Below, in pieces: positions 1-12,150 of a stretch of DNA of 64,000 bases. The DNA is from Octopus sinensis. Lineage: Eukaryota. The translations under genes and the position numbers were made by a program. Numbering within the stretch: the first letter of the stretch is position 1; the number at the start of each line of letters is the position of its first letter. The notes under the pieces were generated by a model, which was not told where the DNA came from, ran no database searches, and saw only the letters and a list, made by a program, of their open reading frames with translations. The stretch is from contig NC_043006.1 in the NCBI RefSeq assembly GCF_006345805.1, forward strand, positions 92,132,001 through 92,196,000, read 5' to 3'.

Positions 1-720
1 GCAGTGTGGTAAAAGGGTTGATCCCCAGCCACATGGTCTCGGGTTCAGACCCAATGTGACACCTTGGGCAAGTGTCCTCTGCTATACAGTAACCCTCGAC
101 TATCACGGCTGTTACGTTATAAAAAACCCCGTGATAGGTGGGAATCCGCGAAGTAGAAATAGTACTGTATATTTTTTTAAAGTTATTTTTATTATTTGTA
201 TATATCTGTTTTAACATAAATACAAAATAACACAACGGAGGGATCGACGTAAGATTAAATAATAAACCATGATAGGGAAAGCGTGATATGGCGAGGGATT
301 ACTTTAGTCTCAAGTCAACTAAAGCGTTGTCAGTTGATTTGTCAGCCGAAAACTGGAAGACGGTTGTCGTATATGTATGTATGCATATATAATATATATA
401 TATATTATATATATATATATATATAATATATATATATATGTGTGTGAGTGTGTGTGTGTGGTGTGTGTGTGTGTGTGTATGTGCTCGCGCGTGTATACAA
501 ACACGTGAGTTTTTGTCTCTCTCTTTGTCTCCCATCACTGCTTTGACAATTGGTATCGGTGTGTCCCCGTAACTTAGCACTTCAGCAAAAGAGACCGAAA
601 AAATAAATACCTGGTTTTAAAACGAAAACCTACATGGGTCGATTCATTCAACTAAAAATTCGTCAAGGCGGTGGTCCAGCTTGGGTGCAGTGTTATGACT
701 GAAACATGTAAAAGAAACAC
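1..720 (+). mobile_element. tRNA-headed SINE family A, interrupted by a MITE and by TA/CA microsatellite
   Basis: Head gtgtggtaa...ggttcagaccc...ccttgggcaagtgtc at 1-86 resumes after 304 (aaagcgttgtcagttgatttg) and ends gactgaaacatgtaaaag. It matches the cleaner copies at 9652 and 24317. Confidence 0.75.
87..304. mobile_element. Tc1/mariner-pogo (Tigger-like) MITE inserted into a SINE at a TA site
   Basis: Imperfect TIRs cagtaaccctcgactatcacgg / cgtgatatggcgagggattact with TA on both sides (85-86, 305-306). SINE sequence is continuous once the insert is removed. Confidence 0.7.
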
Positions 721-757
721 ACACACAGACACATACATACACATATGCATGTATGTA

Positions 758-815
<58 letters not shown>

Positions 816-1307
816 GATGTCAAATACGTGTAATAATAAACAGACAGAAAAACGTTAAATGCACTGAATGCACAGACGAACGAAGTACAAACACAGGTCA
901 TCTATTCCTGATCGGTTTTCAGCCAATATGTCGAGTGCAATTTCGTGCCATTATTGATAATGCATCCACCCTGCAGGCAATCAGCAAGTTCTCTTGCTGT
1001 GAATACGACCAAAACATAACAAAACAAGACGGACAAAATAGGAGGAACGATGGACAAAAAAGAAAAAAGGAAACAAAAACGAAGTAAATAGAATATGGCC
1101 TTAGGGGAAGGCGAAGGCAACAACAAAATAGTAATAATAATATATATGCAACCAAAAATAATAACATATATATACCAAAAAAATACTAATAAAACAATCA
1201 CAACAAAACAAGCCTGCGCCAGCAAACAGATAAGCATAGAGTAATGCAAAGGAAAATGAAAACTGTCCTACAGGACTAAAACAAACGTACCTGTGTATGT
1301 ATGTATG

Positions 1308-1338
<31 letters not shown>

Positions 1339-1469
1339 AAACTCAACTTGTGTGTCTGTGTGTTATGTTTAATATATCGATAAATAATACATAAATAATG
1401 AAATATAAAGAAAATTATGTCGTATTAAATCAGTTAAAATGGATGATCATAAATATACACACGTATACA

Positions 1470-2087
1470 TCTATATATATAAAACTCAACTTGTGTGTCT
1501 GTGTGTGTATCTCTGTGTGTGTCTTTGTGTTTAACTTCCCGGCACATCTCCTCCTAGCCAACAAATCGTAGAACCACCAAAAATGTGTCACTTAAAGTTT
1601 AGGCGAATGGAAATTGAACTGCGCTATTTCTGTCCCGAAATTCATCTCGCAAGTGCAAAAATCGATAATGTGTTTGTTTAGGCCTTATCCCATGCATTGA
1701 ATAGTGAACTTTACTCAGTCAGCTGTTTGACGTGAACTGTGTTCACCACGCGCGCAAGCATGCGTAAATTGCATGAAAAATAAAAAAATCAACATATAAA
1801 AACGAATCGCCGTAAACATTGTAGAAATTCGGCAAAGAAATGAATTTTCGGGATGTAGCCTGGAGGGTTTTTTCGTATTAATCGTTTGGACTTTGTGAAC
1901 ACATACCAATTGTTTTCATAACATTTTTAACGCTTTGAATTAAATGTGACCATTTTGCGTTGAGTCTGCAGTTTGAATCACTTTAACCATATTTTAGCAG
2001 GCTGGATTTTTGATCATCACGATACATCGCCAGCGACTCCTTGACACTCTCCCCTGAAATCCCCGTTGAGCCGGGCAATACTGCTAG
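1470..2087 (+). mobile_element. Non-autonomous Helitron
   Basis: 5' TC (A|TCtatatatataaaactcaac), 3' GC-rich hairpin cccgttgagccggg then CTAG|T, inserted between A and T with no TSD. The 5' end is also duplicated at ~1330-1365. Confidence 0.75.
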
Positions 2088-2705
2088 TATATATACATAT
2101 ATATACATATATATATAATTTTATAAATAATACCGGCACCCATAGCCCTTGGTAACAAATTCTGAAATAGCCTTTAAGATATCTACGATTAACCACTGCA
2201 AGGGGAATTACTCCTGTAAGATAAACGGGGCTTGGTTTTTTCACAACGGGGGGTTTCCTTGACAAGGCAGGCTTAGATGAACACACACACACATAAAACA
2301 TAATATATATTTTTTTTTCTGCCACCCAACGGTTCTCACTGCAGTAGCCACTGACAGCGGAACGATCAAACGCACACACGTACACAAAAAATGTTTTCTA
2401 CCCCTACGCCAACACACACATATATAGAACAGTATACACACACACACGTCTCTAAGTAGATTTTTTCTCGCCCCTTATAAAACATCCAATATTCCTTAAA
2501 TAGTCAGAACTTTATTCTCGGTCACAAAGAACATCTACACACCCTCACCCACATGATTGACCGATGCCTGACCCGTTAAATTCTTCAGCCACCGGTTCTC
2601 AACATACACTGATAAACAGTTTCGCCATGGGCTCTTAGGAGCCTAGTTCGATTTGTTTTTGCTCCGCCTCTGTTCTGTTTTTGTTTTTTCCAACGGATTT
2701 CCTAT

Positions 2706-2794
2706 TTTCTTCCTGAAGAGAAAGACACAATATGGTCCCATTATTCAATCGGATTTTGGTAATTTGTGCCTTTCGAAACACGTGTAGAATGAAA
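2706..2794 (+). ncRNA. Minimal type I hammerhead ribozyme with extended stem II
   Basis: ttc-CTGAAGA-gaaagacacaa..ttgtgcctttc-GAAA-cacgtg-TA-gaa. The core is intact, stem II has 10 of 11 bp paired, stem III is the palindrome ACACGUGU, and stem I is 3+4 bp with a bulge. Predicted cut after 2786. Confidence 0.75.
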
Positions 2795-2845
2795 TAAAAC
2801 GATTTCTGTTCAATCTGCGTTCAGCTCCATTTCTTCAATTCACCA

Positions 2846-2876
<31 letters not shown>

Positions 2877-2899
2877 ATATATATATAAACTATATATAT

Positions 2900-2931
<32 letters not shown>

Positions 2932-3245
2932 GTATGTGTGTGTTTATATATATATATGTGTGTGTGTGTTTTTGTAATAATATATGATAATATTTTATTC
3001 TCCGATTTGAAGCGACAATTAAAAATACAAAGAAATGACTGAAAATGATGAGATAACCCCAGCCAGAATTGAACCCACGAATCAAAGCTAAGATAGTTCC
3101 TTGCAGATCAGATTGGTCAAACGCTCACCCATCAATTTGGCCAAAAATTAGTTAATATTTACTTAAACTGACTAATACTACATATAATATTTGTAAACGA
3201 ACGCTTAAGTCTTTTTGTAACTTACAAAGTCTTCAGCGTTTGTGT

Positions 3246-3283
<38 letters not shown>

Positions 3284-3305
3284 ATATATATTATATATAT
3301 ATATA

Positions 3306-3355
<50 letters not shown>

Positions 3356-3446
3356 TATCCAAACAAGCAAACACAAAAAACACAACAACGCGAGGACGTG
3401 GAACAAATATAGTATTATTGGACGCTCAGGAAAGAAGGGAAGGAGG

Positions 3447-3481
3447 GTTTAACGTTTCGAGCGGAGCTCTTCGTCGGAAAC
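3447..3481 (-). ncRNA. Hammerhead-like motif with variant core (CCGACGA-A)
   Basis: Minus strand gttt-CCGACGA-a-gagc-tcc-gctc-GAAA-cg-TT-aaac: 4-bp stems I and II, U4C change. It lies in a non-coding element (~3355-3560) following a (TA)n tract. Confidence 0.5.
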
Positions 3482-4159
3482 ATAGGAGAAGGAAAGATCC
3501 AGAGAAGGGAAGACAGAGGAAAAAAAATCGCCATTGGTACACACAAGAAAATAAATGGTGTTGAACGCAGGTGTTATTCAAATTCTTTTACTTTCGACAT
3601 TTGTTTCGAAGACAACATTAGTTTTATTCCAAAGGAATAAACGGTGTAAAATAATGTAATCTTCTCATCAGGAAAGAAAGAGAACCTATCACAACAACAA
3701 GACATTATAACAATTTTGATGACTGCATAAATGATTAACAGAACGCTATAGCGTTCTGTATGATAATTTATGGGGACAAAACACACCATCACCGGTTGTC
3801 GAGCGTTCATGTAATACAGTCAGCGCTGTTCTAAACTGAACTAAACTATCGGCACTTTTTCTGTAATAAACGTATTCATCATCATCATCACCACCACCAT
3901 CACCACCACCACCACCATCCTCCTCCTCCTCTTCCCCCTCCTCCTCATCATCATCATCCTTATAACTGTAGTAAGATGACACATTCAAGTTGCATGTTGG
4001 ACAAATTGCATTGCGACATTTTTTAGGTTTTTCATTTTGAGTTGAAGCCTTGCCGCCGTGGTTGAAATAATTAGCTGCTAATCACTGGCATCAATGTAAT
4101 TAAATAGTTCTCCTTGCCCCCCTCCCCCCACCAATTCAACAGAAAACATTATTATTATT

Positions 4160-4340
4160 TAAGGCAACGAACTGGCAGAATCGTTAGCACACCCGACAAA
4201 ATTACTTAACGGCATTTAGTCCGTCTTTACGTTCTGAATTCAAATTCCGCCGAGGTACACTTTGTGCTTCACCCTTTCGGGGTCGGTAAAATATGTGTCA
4301 GTTAAGACTGGGTGCTATGTGATCAATTAACTCCCTTCGC
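4160..4340 (+). mobile_element. tRNA-headed SINE family B (Meta-domain-like body)
   Basis: ggcaacgaactggcagaatcgttagc...gaattcaaattccgccgagg...ccctttcggggtcgg; same family as the copy at 28850. Confidence 0.75.
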
Positions 4341-5755
4341 CTACCATACCTAGAATAAAAAATCGCAATTATACACAATGTATGTTTCTTTTTTCCGTCA
4401 AAAATTGCTTTCCGGGTTTTTCTACTTTAGTCAAGGCTGTAACAGATCGCAGCATCTCTGTTGTTACATTTATTTTATTTGCAGATACCATTTTGGGCAG
4501 TGTCGTTCCTGAACCATTTGTAGGTTTTCTTAATCCTTAAATTCAAGGGCCCTCAGCTATTGCAATATCATTTCTTTCAAATTCTTTCAAGTGCAATTTT
4601 CCAAGAAAATTATCGGTTTCTAATATATGGATTCAGCAAGCTGTGGATTTTGATGTTCCCATATCCGATTGTACTTTTAAGTTGGAAGAGGCTCATACAA
4701 TTTCTCTCCTCACTTACGATTTATATGTTTGGCATAATTCCCAGTATGTGATAGAAGATTCTCAGCTAGCCTACTGCGATCACTTAGAAAATGTGCTGCG
4801 CTCTCTCTTGATTAGCTATAGTTTGCTCATAGTAAGGATCTTAGCTTTTTTTTATCGTTATTGTATTTAATACATATGACCTTAGAACTTGCTTATTTCA
4901 TACAAATTAAGAATTTGGCTAGTTTTCACTTCCTATGGTCGTCGAATATCCACATCAACACGTTTAGTTTTCTCTTGTATAACAGCGTTTCTACATTTCC
5001 CTTTTTTGCTCGGGGTTTTCTTCCTTGATTCATCCAACGTGTCAATTCTATATTTTAAATTATGAAAATTTTGATCATCACTTTCCTCAGATTTGCTATC
5101 GTAATTCATCTGATGCGTAAACTTACATTCCATTCTTCGATTTAGGGGCATTCTTTCTTATTAGTAAATGCTTCTCCTTCCCATCGGCTCTTATTTCAAG
5201 TGTGTAATGCTAAATACAACAACATCCGATTTCAACTTTTCCCTCGAAACTAAACTACGCTTCTTCATTCCACTTTTAGTTTCCTTTCCTCCATCCTAAA
5301 CATGATAGGATCCATATGTTAGAGATTCGGTTTCATTTACATAATTTACATCATTTTAACGGCCTGAAATATATTTCCCCAAAACTATTTATAACATTTC
5401 ACATAATATTCTACAACCGAAATATCTAATAATTATATCGGATGACTTTTCGCATATATTTCATTTATGTTTTAATTAATAAAACTTCACCCTTTTTACT
5501 TCGAAGATATGTATCACTTTGTGAGAAAGATTAGTGTTGCCATATCCAAACATTATTACATTCTTTATGCCCAGCTTCTTTATCTACGTGCGTACGCCTG
5601 CATGTGTGTGAAAATTTCGTTTTTGGGTTTCGTTTTTAAGATTCTTGGCATGAACTCGACATTCGGGTGGGTCATTTTGCCAATAATATACGCACGCTCT
5701 CGTTCTATTTCCCTTGTTTCATCATCATCATCATTACCATTATTAATATTATTAA

Positions 5756-5834
<79 letters not shown>

Positions 5835-5865
5835 AATAATAATAATGATAATGATGATGATGATG

Positions 5866-5915
<50 letters not shown>

Positions 5916-5924
5916 TAATAATAA

Positions 5925-6213
5925 TTAACTAGAATGTGGAATCTGAAAACAGAAACAATTCCTATCATAGTAGGTGCATTAGGCATGATAAAAAAATATT
6001 CAGACAAATACATAACAAAAACACCAGGACTTACAAACACATATAACATACAGAAAATTGCACTACTAGGCAATGCCCACATCCTACGCAGAACACTTTC
6101 CATACAATAACCATTAGAGCATCACAACAAATCACAGCACATACCCAAGGCACACAGAGCTGCGCTCGGTAGTGAAGTGAAAGCACGCTATAAAAATAAA
6201 AATAAAACTACTG
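5925..6213 (+). mobile_element. 3' fragment of an R4/Dong-like non-LTR retrotransposon (REL C-terminus plus 3'UTR) in (TAA)n
   Basis: Translates as LTRMWNLKTETIPIIVGALGMIKK...IQKIALLGNAHILRRTLSIQ*. Flanked by (AAT)n; nearly identical (~97% by eye) to the 3' end of the copy at 12149. Confidence 0.85.
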
Positions 6214-6614
6214 AATAATAATAAATTAATTAATTAATTAATATTTTACTTTGTAATTGTTCGTTCAATCAGCCTGGTTTCTCACAGACCTTTCATCAAA
6301 TACAGACTTATCTGAAACAGTGGGAGAATGTTAGTTACGAAATCGCCACTGGCGATAGAATTTCGACAAATCTCGCTGTTGGACTGACCGAACCAGTAAC
6401 GAAACAATCTATTAGTTAATTGTTTAAATTGTAAGGAATTAATTAATAAAAGTATGGCCGTCCCGAGTCAGGATATGCATTGGTTTTTGATAAAAAATTC
6501 CCTTTTACCCCTATTGTTCTTTCTTTTGTCCAACAATTTGCCACCCATTATATATTTACGTATCTTCGTCCATAAATAGTACATGAAGCCAACTGGAAGT
6601 CTCTTGCATAAACA

Positions 6615-6750
6615 CAGCCATGGTTATGTGGTAAGTTAGCTTCCCAATCACATGGTTCCGGGATCAGTCTCACTGCGTGGCACGTTGGGCAAATGTCTTC
6701 TATAATAGCATAGGGCCGATCGAAACATCGTGAGTGAATCTGGTAGACGC
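6615..6750 (+). mobile_element. SINE family A, 5' part
   Basis: gtggtaagttagcttcccaatcacatggttccggg...gggcaaatgtcttc. Confidence 0.7.
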
Positions 6751-7382
6751 ACACACACACACACACACACACCACACACACACACACACAATACACAAGG
6801 TAATACTAACAAACTTCAAAGAATGAATTACAAACACAAATCCTTTTGCGATATTTCTTAAGCACATGCATATAGCTACGTTTCGTAGTTAATTCCTAGA
6901 ATCTCTCTGCGAACGGCTGCCTAGTTGATCATAATGTTCATCACAATACTAGTTTGATTTATGCTCTTCTAATAAATAAAATGTATACAACGGAATTCTT
7001 GGAAGGAAAGTTAAAATAACCACTCATGATTATTTTGAACAATTCTTTGGCAATAGCTTCAAGTAAAACAGCAACAAAACTAATATTGATATTAAGAAAA
7101 AGATTTTGTCTGAGGAACAAAATCGTTTTGAATATTTTGTTTTAATATTCTTTAAACACTTTCGGCAAATTTATTTCTGATTTAGTTTTGAAATTTCGGT
7201 AAGTTATCACACCATTATGGTGTGGATTGTTGCTCTCACACTCTATTCATATATGCCAAATGTATAGGACCTATTCGCATTAACAGGTGATATGGAGGTG
7301 AAAATACAATTACCAAGTCTTTCTAATGGCGAATGACGGTTCAAAACATCAACCTCGATCTAAACATCTATCTATCTATCAA

Positions 7383-7435
<53 letters not shown>

Positions 7436-7455
7436 TATATATATATAATATATAT

Positions 7456-7512
<57 letters not shown>

Positions 7513-7517
7513 GTATA

Positions 7518-7992
7518 TCGTGACGTATTTTTGCCATTTCAATATGGCTAACCCCTAAGGGTGGATGCTACTGTAGTTTTTAGCCCCAGGAGGACACACT
7601 CCTCCAGCTGGCCATAGACACACTTTCTGTGTCCTGTCAGTATTTGCAAAGGGAAGTCATCCTTCCCGTCTTCAACTTATGATACACACGGACTCGAGTT
7701 TCGAGGTATTGACCTCTCGTCAGCGTGTGACAATCATAGTTGTCGCCGAGAATTAGATTTCCTTCACAAATACTTATACTTTTCCAGCGCCCACTGTCGC
7801 TGATATTGAAAAAGTGAAATCAAAACAATGATAAATATCAAAGTGAGTTATATACAGTAGCGGTAACACATCGTGACGTATTTTTGCCATTTCAATATGG
7901 CTAACCCCTAAGGGTGGATGCTACTGTAGTTTTTAGCCCCAGGAGGACACACTCCTCCAGCTGGCCATAGACACACTTTCTGTGTCCTGTCA
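7518..7992 (-). mobile_element. Short hammerhead-carrying element: 353-bp monomer as a 1.3-copy partial tandem (Penelope-like pLTR or retrozyme-like)
   Basis: 7518-7639 and 7871-7992 are identical 122-bp direct repeats 353 bp apart, with an intact hammerhead in the unique part. (TA)n lies on both sides and there is no ORF. Confidence 0.75.
7685..7729 (-). ncRNA. Minimal type I hammerhead ribozyme, canonical core
   Basis: Minus strand cacacg-CTGACGA-gagg-tcaata-cctc-GAAA-ctcgag-TC-cgtgtg: 6-bp stem I, 4-5-bp stem II, palindromic stem III ACUCGAGU, GUC triplet. Predicted cut between 7691 and 7690. Confidence 0.9.
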
Positions 7993-8108
7993 TATATATA
8001 TAGATATATATATATATATATATACATATAAATGTATATATATATTTATCTATCTATCTATCTATCTATCTACCTATCAATCTCTCTCTTCCTCTCTCTA
8101 TCTCTCTG

Positions 8109-8140
<32 letters not shown>

Positions 8141-8886
8141 AGATGAGGTATTTTACCTTGTAACAATTAACACGGATAAATGAATGAATAGTTACCAGGG
8201 CAGCAAAATCTCACAAGTAAAGATGTTGTAACTCCTTGTTTATAAAGGTTGAAACTTCGTGTTACGTTGAATATTTGAATAATAGGAATAAAAAATGGAG
8301 TCAACGCAGGTTTAAACAAGTATTTTTTCTTTCTAAATATGTTTCAAAAATTCCACTGATACTTATTCAAAAGAATAAAAGGTATAAACAATGCAATCTT
8401 CTCTTCGGGAAAGTGAAAAAACGAAACTTGTCAATACGACATTTTAGCAAAAAATGATGGGTTCGTATAGCGATAGACAGAAGGCTATTAATATGTTTAA
8501 AAAAACGTATATGATATAACGTCATAAGTAGCTAACAGAAAGAGTAGGATATTAATAGTGAATGTTAAATAAAGGAAATTAAAGTCTAAACTATATATAA
8601 TGATAGAGACTACTTATATGCACTAAAAGTATGCTTTTGCCAATGCTTACATCTGTATGCTCGTTCTATAACCGTGTTTACTAGAGTATTTTTAGAAAAA
8701 ATAATGAAAAATAGCTCAGAATTGCAGAGAAGACAGAATGTCTTGCCTTTGTCATATGGTATCGAAATTGAGAGGATCAACCATTCCAAATGAAATTGTT
8801 CATTGTGGTCTTTTAAATTCCAAATCAGTTTGCTGAGACCGGTACTATTCCGTTTATTTCTATCTCTAAATGTTGAGTATGGATAG

Positions 8887-8973
<87 letters not shown>

Positions 8974-9135
8974 CGTTCAGCAAAATGTAGATTCAGATGA
9001 ATATGGTACTTAAGTTAAAGGCACCAGAATTTGGTATGGTATTATCCATATAAATCAAATGGGGTGATTATAATAATCAAAAAGCAACGAGTATATCCAA
9101 GGTAGTGTAGTACAATCGTTTCATGTTACTTATAT

Positions 9136-9216
<81 letters not shown>

Positions 9217-9312
9217 TGTCTATCTGTCTGTCTTTACATTCATACATATATACATACATTCATACACACACACACGCACATATATATATAATATATAGAT
9301 ATATATATTATA

Positions 9313-9349
<37 letters not shown>

Positions 9350-9352
<3 letters not shown>

Positions 9353-9450
9353 TCTTCTACTATAGCCTAGGGCTGACAAATCCTAGGGAGTTGATTGGTT
9401 GATGGAAGCTGAAAGAATCCCGTCGTATATATATATATATATATATATAG

Positions 9451-9489
<39 letters not shown>

Positions 9490-10006
9490 ATATATATGTA
9501 TTTATGTATGTGTATATTTGTGTTTGTGTTATCCCCACCCATCACCGCTTGACAAACGATGTTGGTTTGTTAACGTCCACGTAACTTAACGGTTCGGGTA
9601 AAGACTCCGATAGAATAAGTACTAATCTGATATATATATATATATATATATGGGCGGAGGAGTGGCTGTGTGGTAAGTAGCTTGCTTACGAACCTCATGG
9701 TTACGGGTCCAGTCCCACTGCGTGGCACCTTGGGCAAGTGTCTTCTACTAGAGCCTCGGGCCGACCAAAGAATCCCGTCGTATATATGTATATGTGTGTG
9801 TATGTGTTTGTGTGTCTGTGTTTGTCCTCCCAATATCGCTTGACAACCGATGCTGGTGTTTTCGCCCCCGTAACATAGCGGTTCGGCAAAAGAGTCCGAT
9901 AGAATAAGTACTAGGCTTACAAAGGATAAGTCCTCGGGTCGTTTTACTCGACTAAAGGCAGTGCTCCAGCATGGCCACAGTCAAATGAGTGAAACAAGTA
10001 AAAGAG
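9350..10006 (+). mobile_element. Two adjacent SINE family A copies (truncated 9350-9625; full-length 9652-10006)
   Basis: tRNA-like A/B boxes (gtggctgtgtggtaag; gggtccagtccc), body ccttgggcaagtgtcttctacta, 3' end gcatggccacagtcaaatgagtgaaacaagtaaaag. Confidence 0.85.
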
Positions 10007-10720
10007 AAATATATATATATATGTTGAGACGAACCGTTAGCCCGAAATAGAAGTAACTACACACCTTCAAAAGGTAAGAACAAAACACTTGATCAATTCT
10101 GTAAATACACCACGAATTACCCATATCAACATATACACAAACAAAAACACAAGTCAAACTTCAGCAAAAAAGAATGGGCTGAGCCGAACAAATTAAAAGA
10201 CGATAAAATAATAACAATCAACCCGCATTAGTCGAGAGATTACTGTATATGTGGCATCTATCATTGTAGATATTCTCTAAAAATCCCACTCAAAGGAAAT
10301 ATCTTGCACAGAATTCAGCGTTTAATGTCGAACCAAGAACATTTGGATATGGAGGTGATCATCAGAACAGCACGGCATTGCCCGAATCAATGCTTTTAGA
10401 GAAACAGTGAAAACACGTATAACGACTGAATTTTATCTTTTACTTCAGATTAAATAACACCAGGATCAAGTTTGTCGTATCTTTTTCTCCCTCTCACCTT
10501 CCATAAAATAAATACCAAGAACATGATTGAGAGACCATCCGATTGACGGCATCTTAACTACAACATTTCGTCATCATGCAAGTGGAAGAAATCTTTTTTT
10601 TTTTGTTTTATATAGGTGTGTGTGTATGTGTGTGTGTGTTTGCATGTATATATACTCATACATATACAAAGCCATGTTCATTATTTGTATATAGTATGTA
10701 TGAATGTGCGTCTGCGCATG

Positions 10721-10782
<62 letters not shown>

Positions 10783-11261
10783 ATGTATATATATATATAT
10801 GTATGTATGTATATGTATATATACACACACGCACAAATTCTTAAATCACTGCATCAATACAGGCAACTCTATTCCGACTCATTAAATTCATAGCATGAAT
10901 ATTATTAATAAAGACACTACTACTACTTACTACTACTACTACTACTACTACTGCCACTGCCACTGCGGACTGCTACTGCTGCTTAGAGAACTGCTTGACT
11001 GGTTGGCAAAATTGAGCCTCTTTCAACGCCGGAGGCATTCGTGATGTTATGTGATGAACTAATATCATATCAAAAATAAATTTGCACCTCCCAACGAAAG
11101 CGAAAAATATTCTGCTAAAGGCTAAAAGAAAAAAAAATATTGATAATGCATATAAATTTTATCACGACCAAATTCTTCTAGCTTTCTCTCATCATATATT
11201 CTCGCTATAAATGTATAGACCTTATGTCATATTATGAAGCCATCATCATCATCACCATCAC

Positions 11262-11302
<41 letters not shown>

Positions 11303-11340
11303 CCACCATCATCATCATCATCAATATTATTATTATTATT

Positions 11341-12108
11341 TGGTTCAGGTTCCGTCCTATTCCTGATAGGTTTTATGTGGGTAGCAGGTTACTACCTGTA
11401 ACCTTAGTTATCCACAAGTTTTCAGCAGTTTTTTCGAGTGCTTAGAACCCTCCTGATAATCCTTGCTGTCCCCAAGAGACAAACTTTCTGCAGGAGCTCT
11501 ACAGGGTATTCTATTCCAGTCTCCTTCAACCATTCATCTATATCTTTGCTCACTGTTTCCAGCGCACCAATTATAGCAGTCACTACCTTCATTGTTCACA
11601 TGCTCCAAATTCTTCCCATTTCAAATTTTAAAGGATTGTATATTTTGTTTTGTTGTTTTGTTTTTCTTGCTCTTTCTTTATGATCCTGGTATCAAACGGA
11701 CATGATGCTTCCATAAATAAGCAACTTCGCTGTTCCTATCTATGATTATTTGTCTGGTCTATTATTTTCTTACTTCTGGTATGTTTGAATAGGAAAGTCC
11801 CACAAAATCTTACATTTCTCTGACTCCAGTACTCTTTTGATTGTGCATTCCGTCCAAACTATCCATGCATTCTCATTCTAAAAAGATCTTCTTTTCTCTT
11901 CTCCTCACCTCTTTGTTTAAACTCTTCCTTGCCCATCATTTCATCTGCATTTATACCCATATTTTCCGCAGCATATTGCAGCAGGTCTTCATCACTATTT
12001 ATCAAATACTCGGCAAGAGTTCTCCTTTCACTCCTTATACAGTGGTCTATACTAATTAGTACTCTGCCATCATTCTTTCTTTTCATATAGTCTGTTTAAC
12101 CAACCGCA

Positions 12109-12109
<1 letters not shown>
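11341..12109 (-). mobile_element. Decayed, internally deleted R4/Dong-like LINE (second subfamily) in (TAA)n
   Basis: Minus strand reads KRKNDGRVLISIDHCIRSE...RMRMHG, then directly VLESEKCKILWDFPIQT...RPD...IIGALETV...VCLLGTARIIRRVLST. It has stops and frameshifts and ATT repeats on both sides. Confidence 0.8.

Positions 12110-12148
<39 letters not shown>

Positions 12149-12150
<2 letters not shown>

Noticed and set aside
905-985. Minus-strand GAAA-ttgcac-TC with an upstream hairpin
   Set aside because: No recognisable CUGANGA and stem III is not palindromic; at best a very decayed relic.
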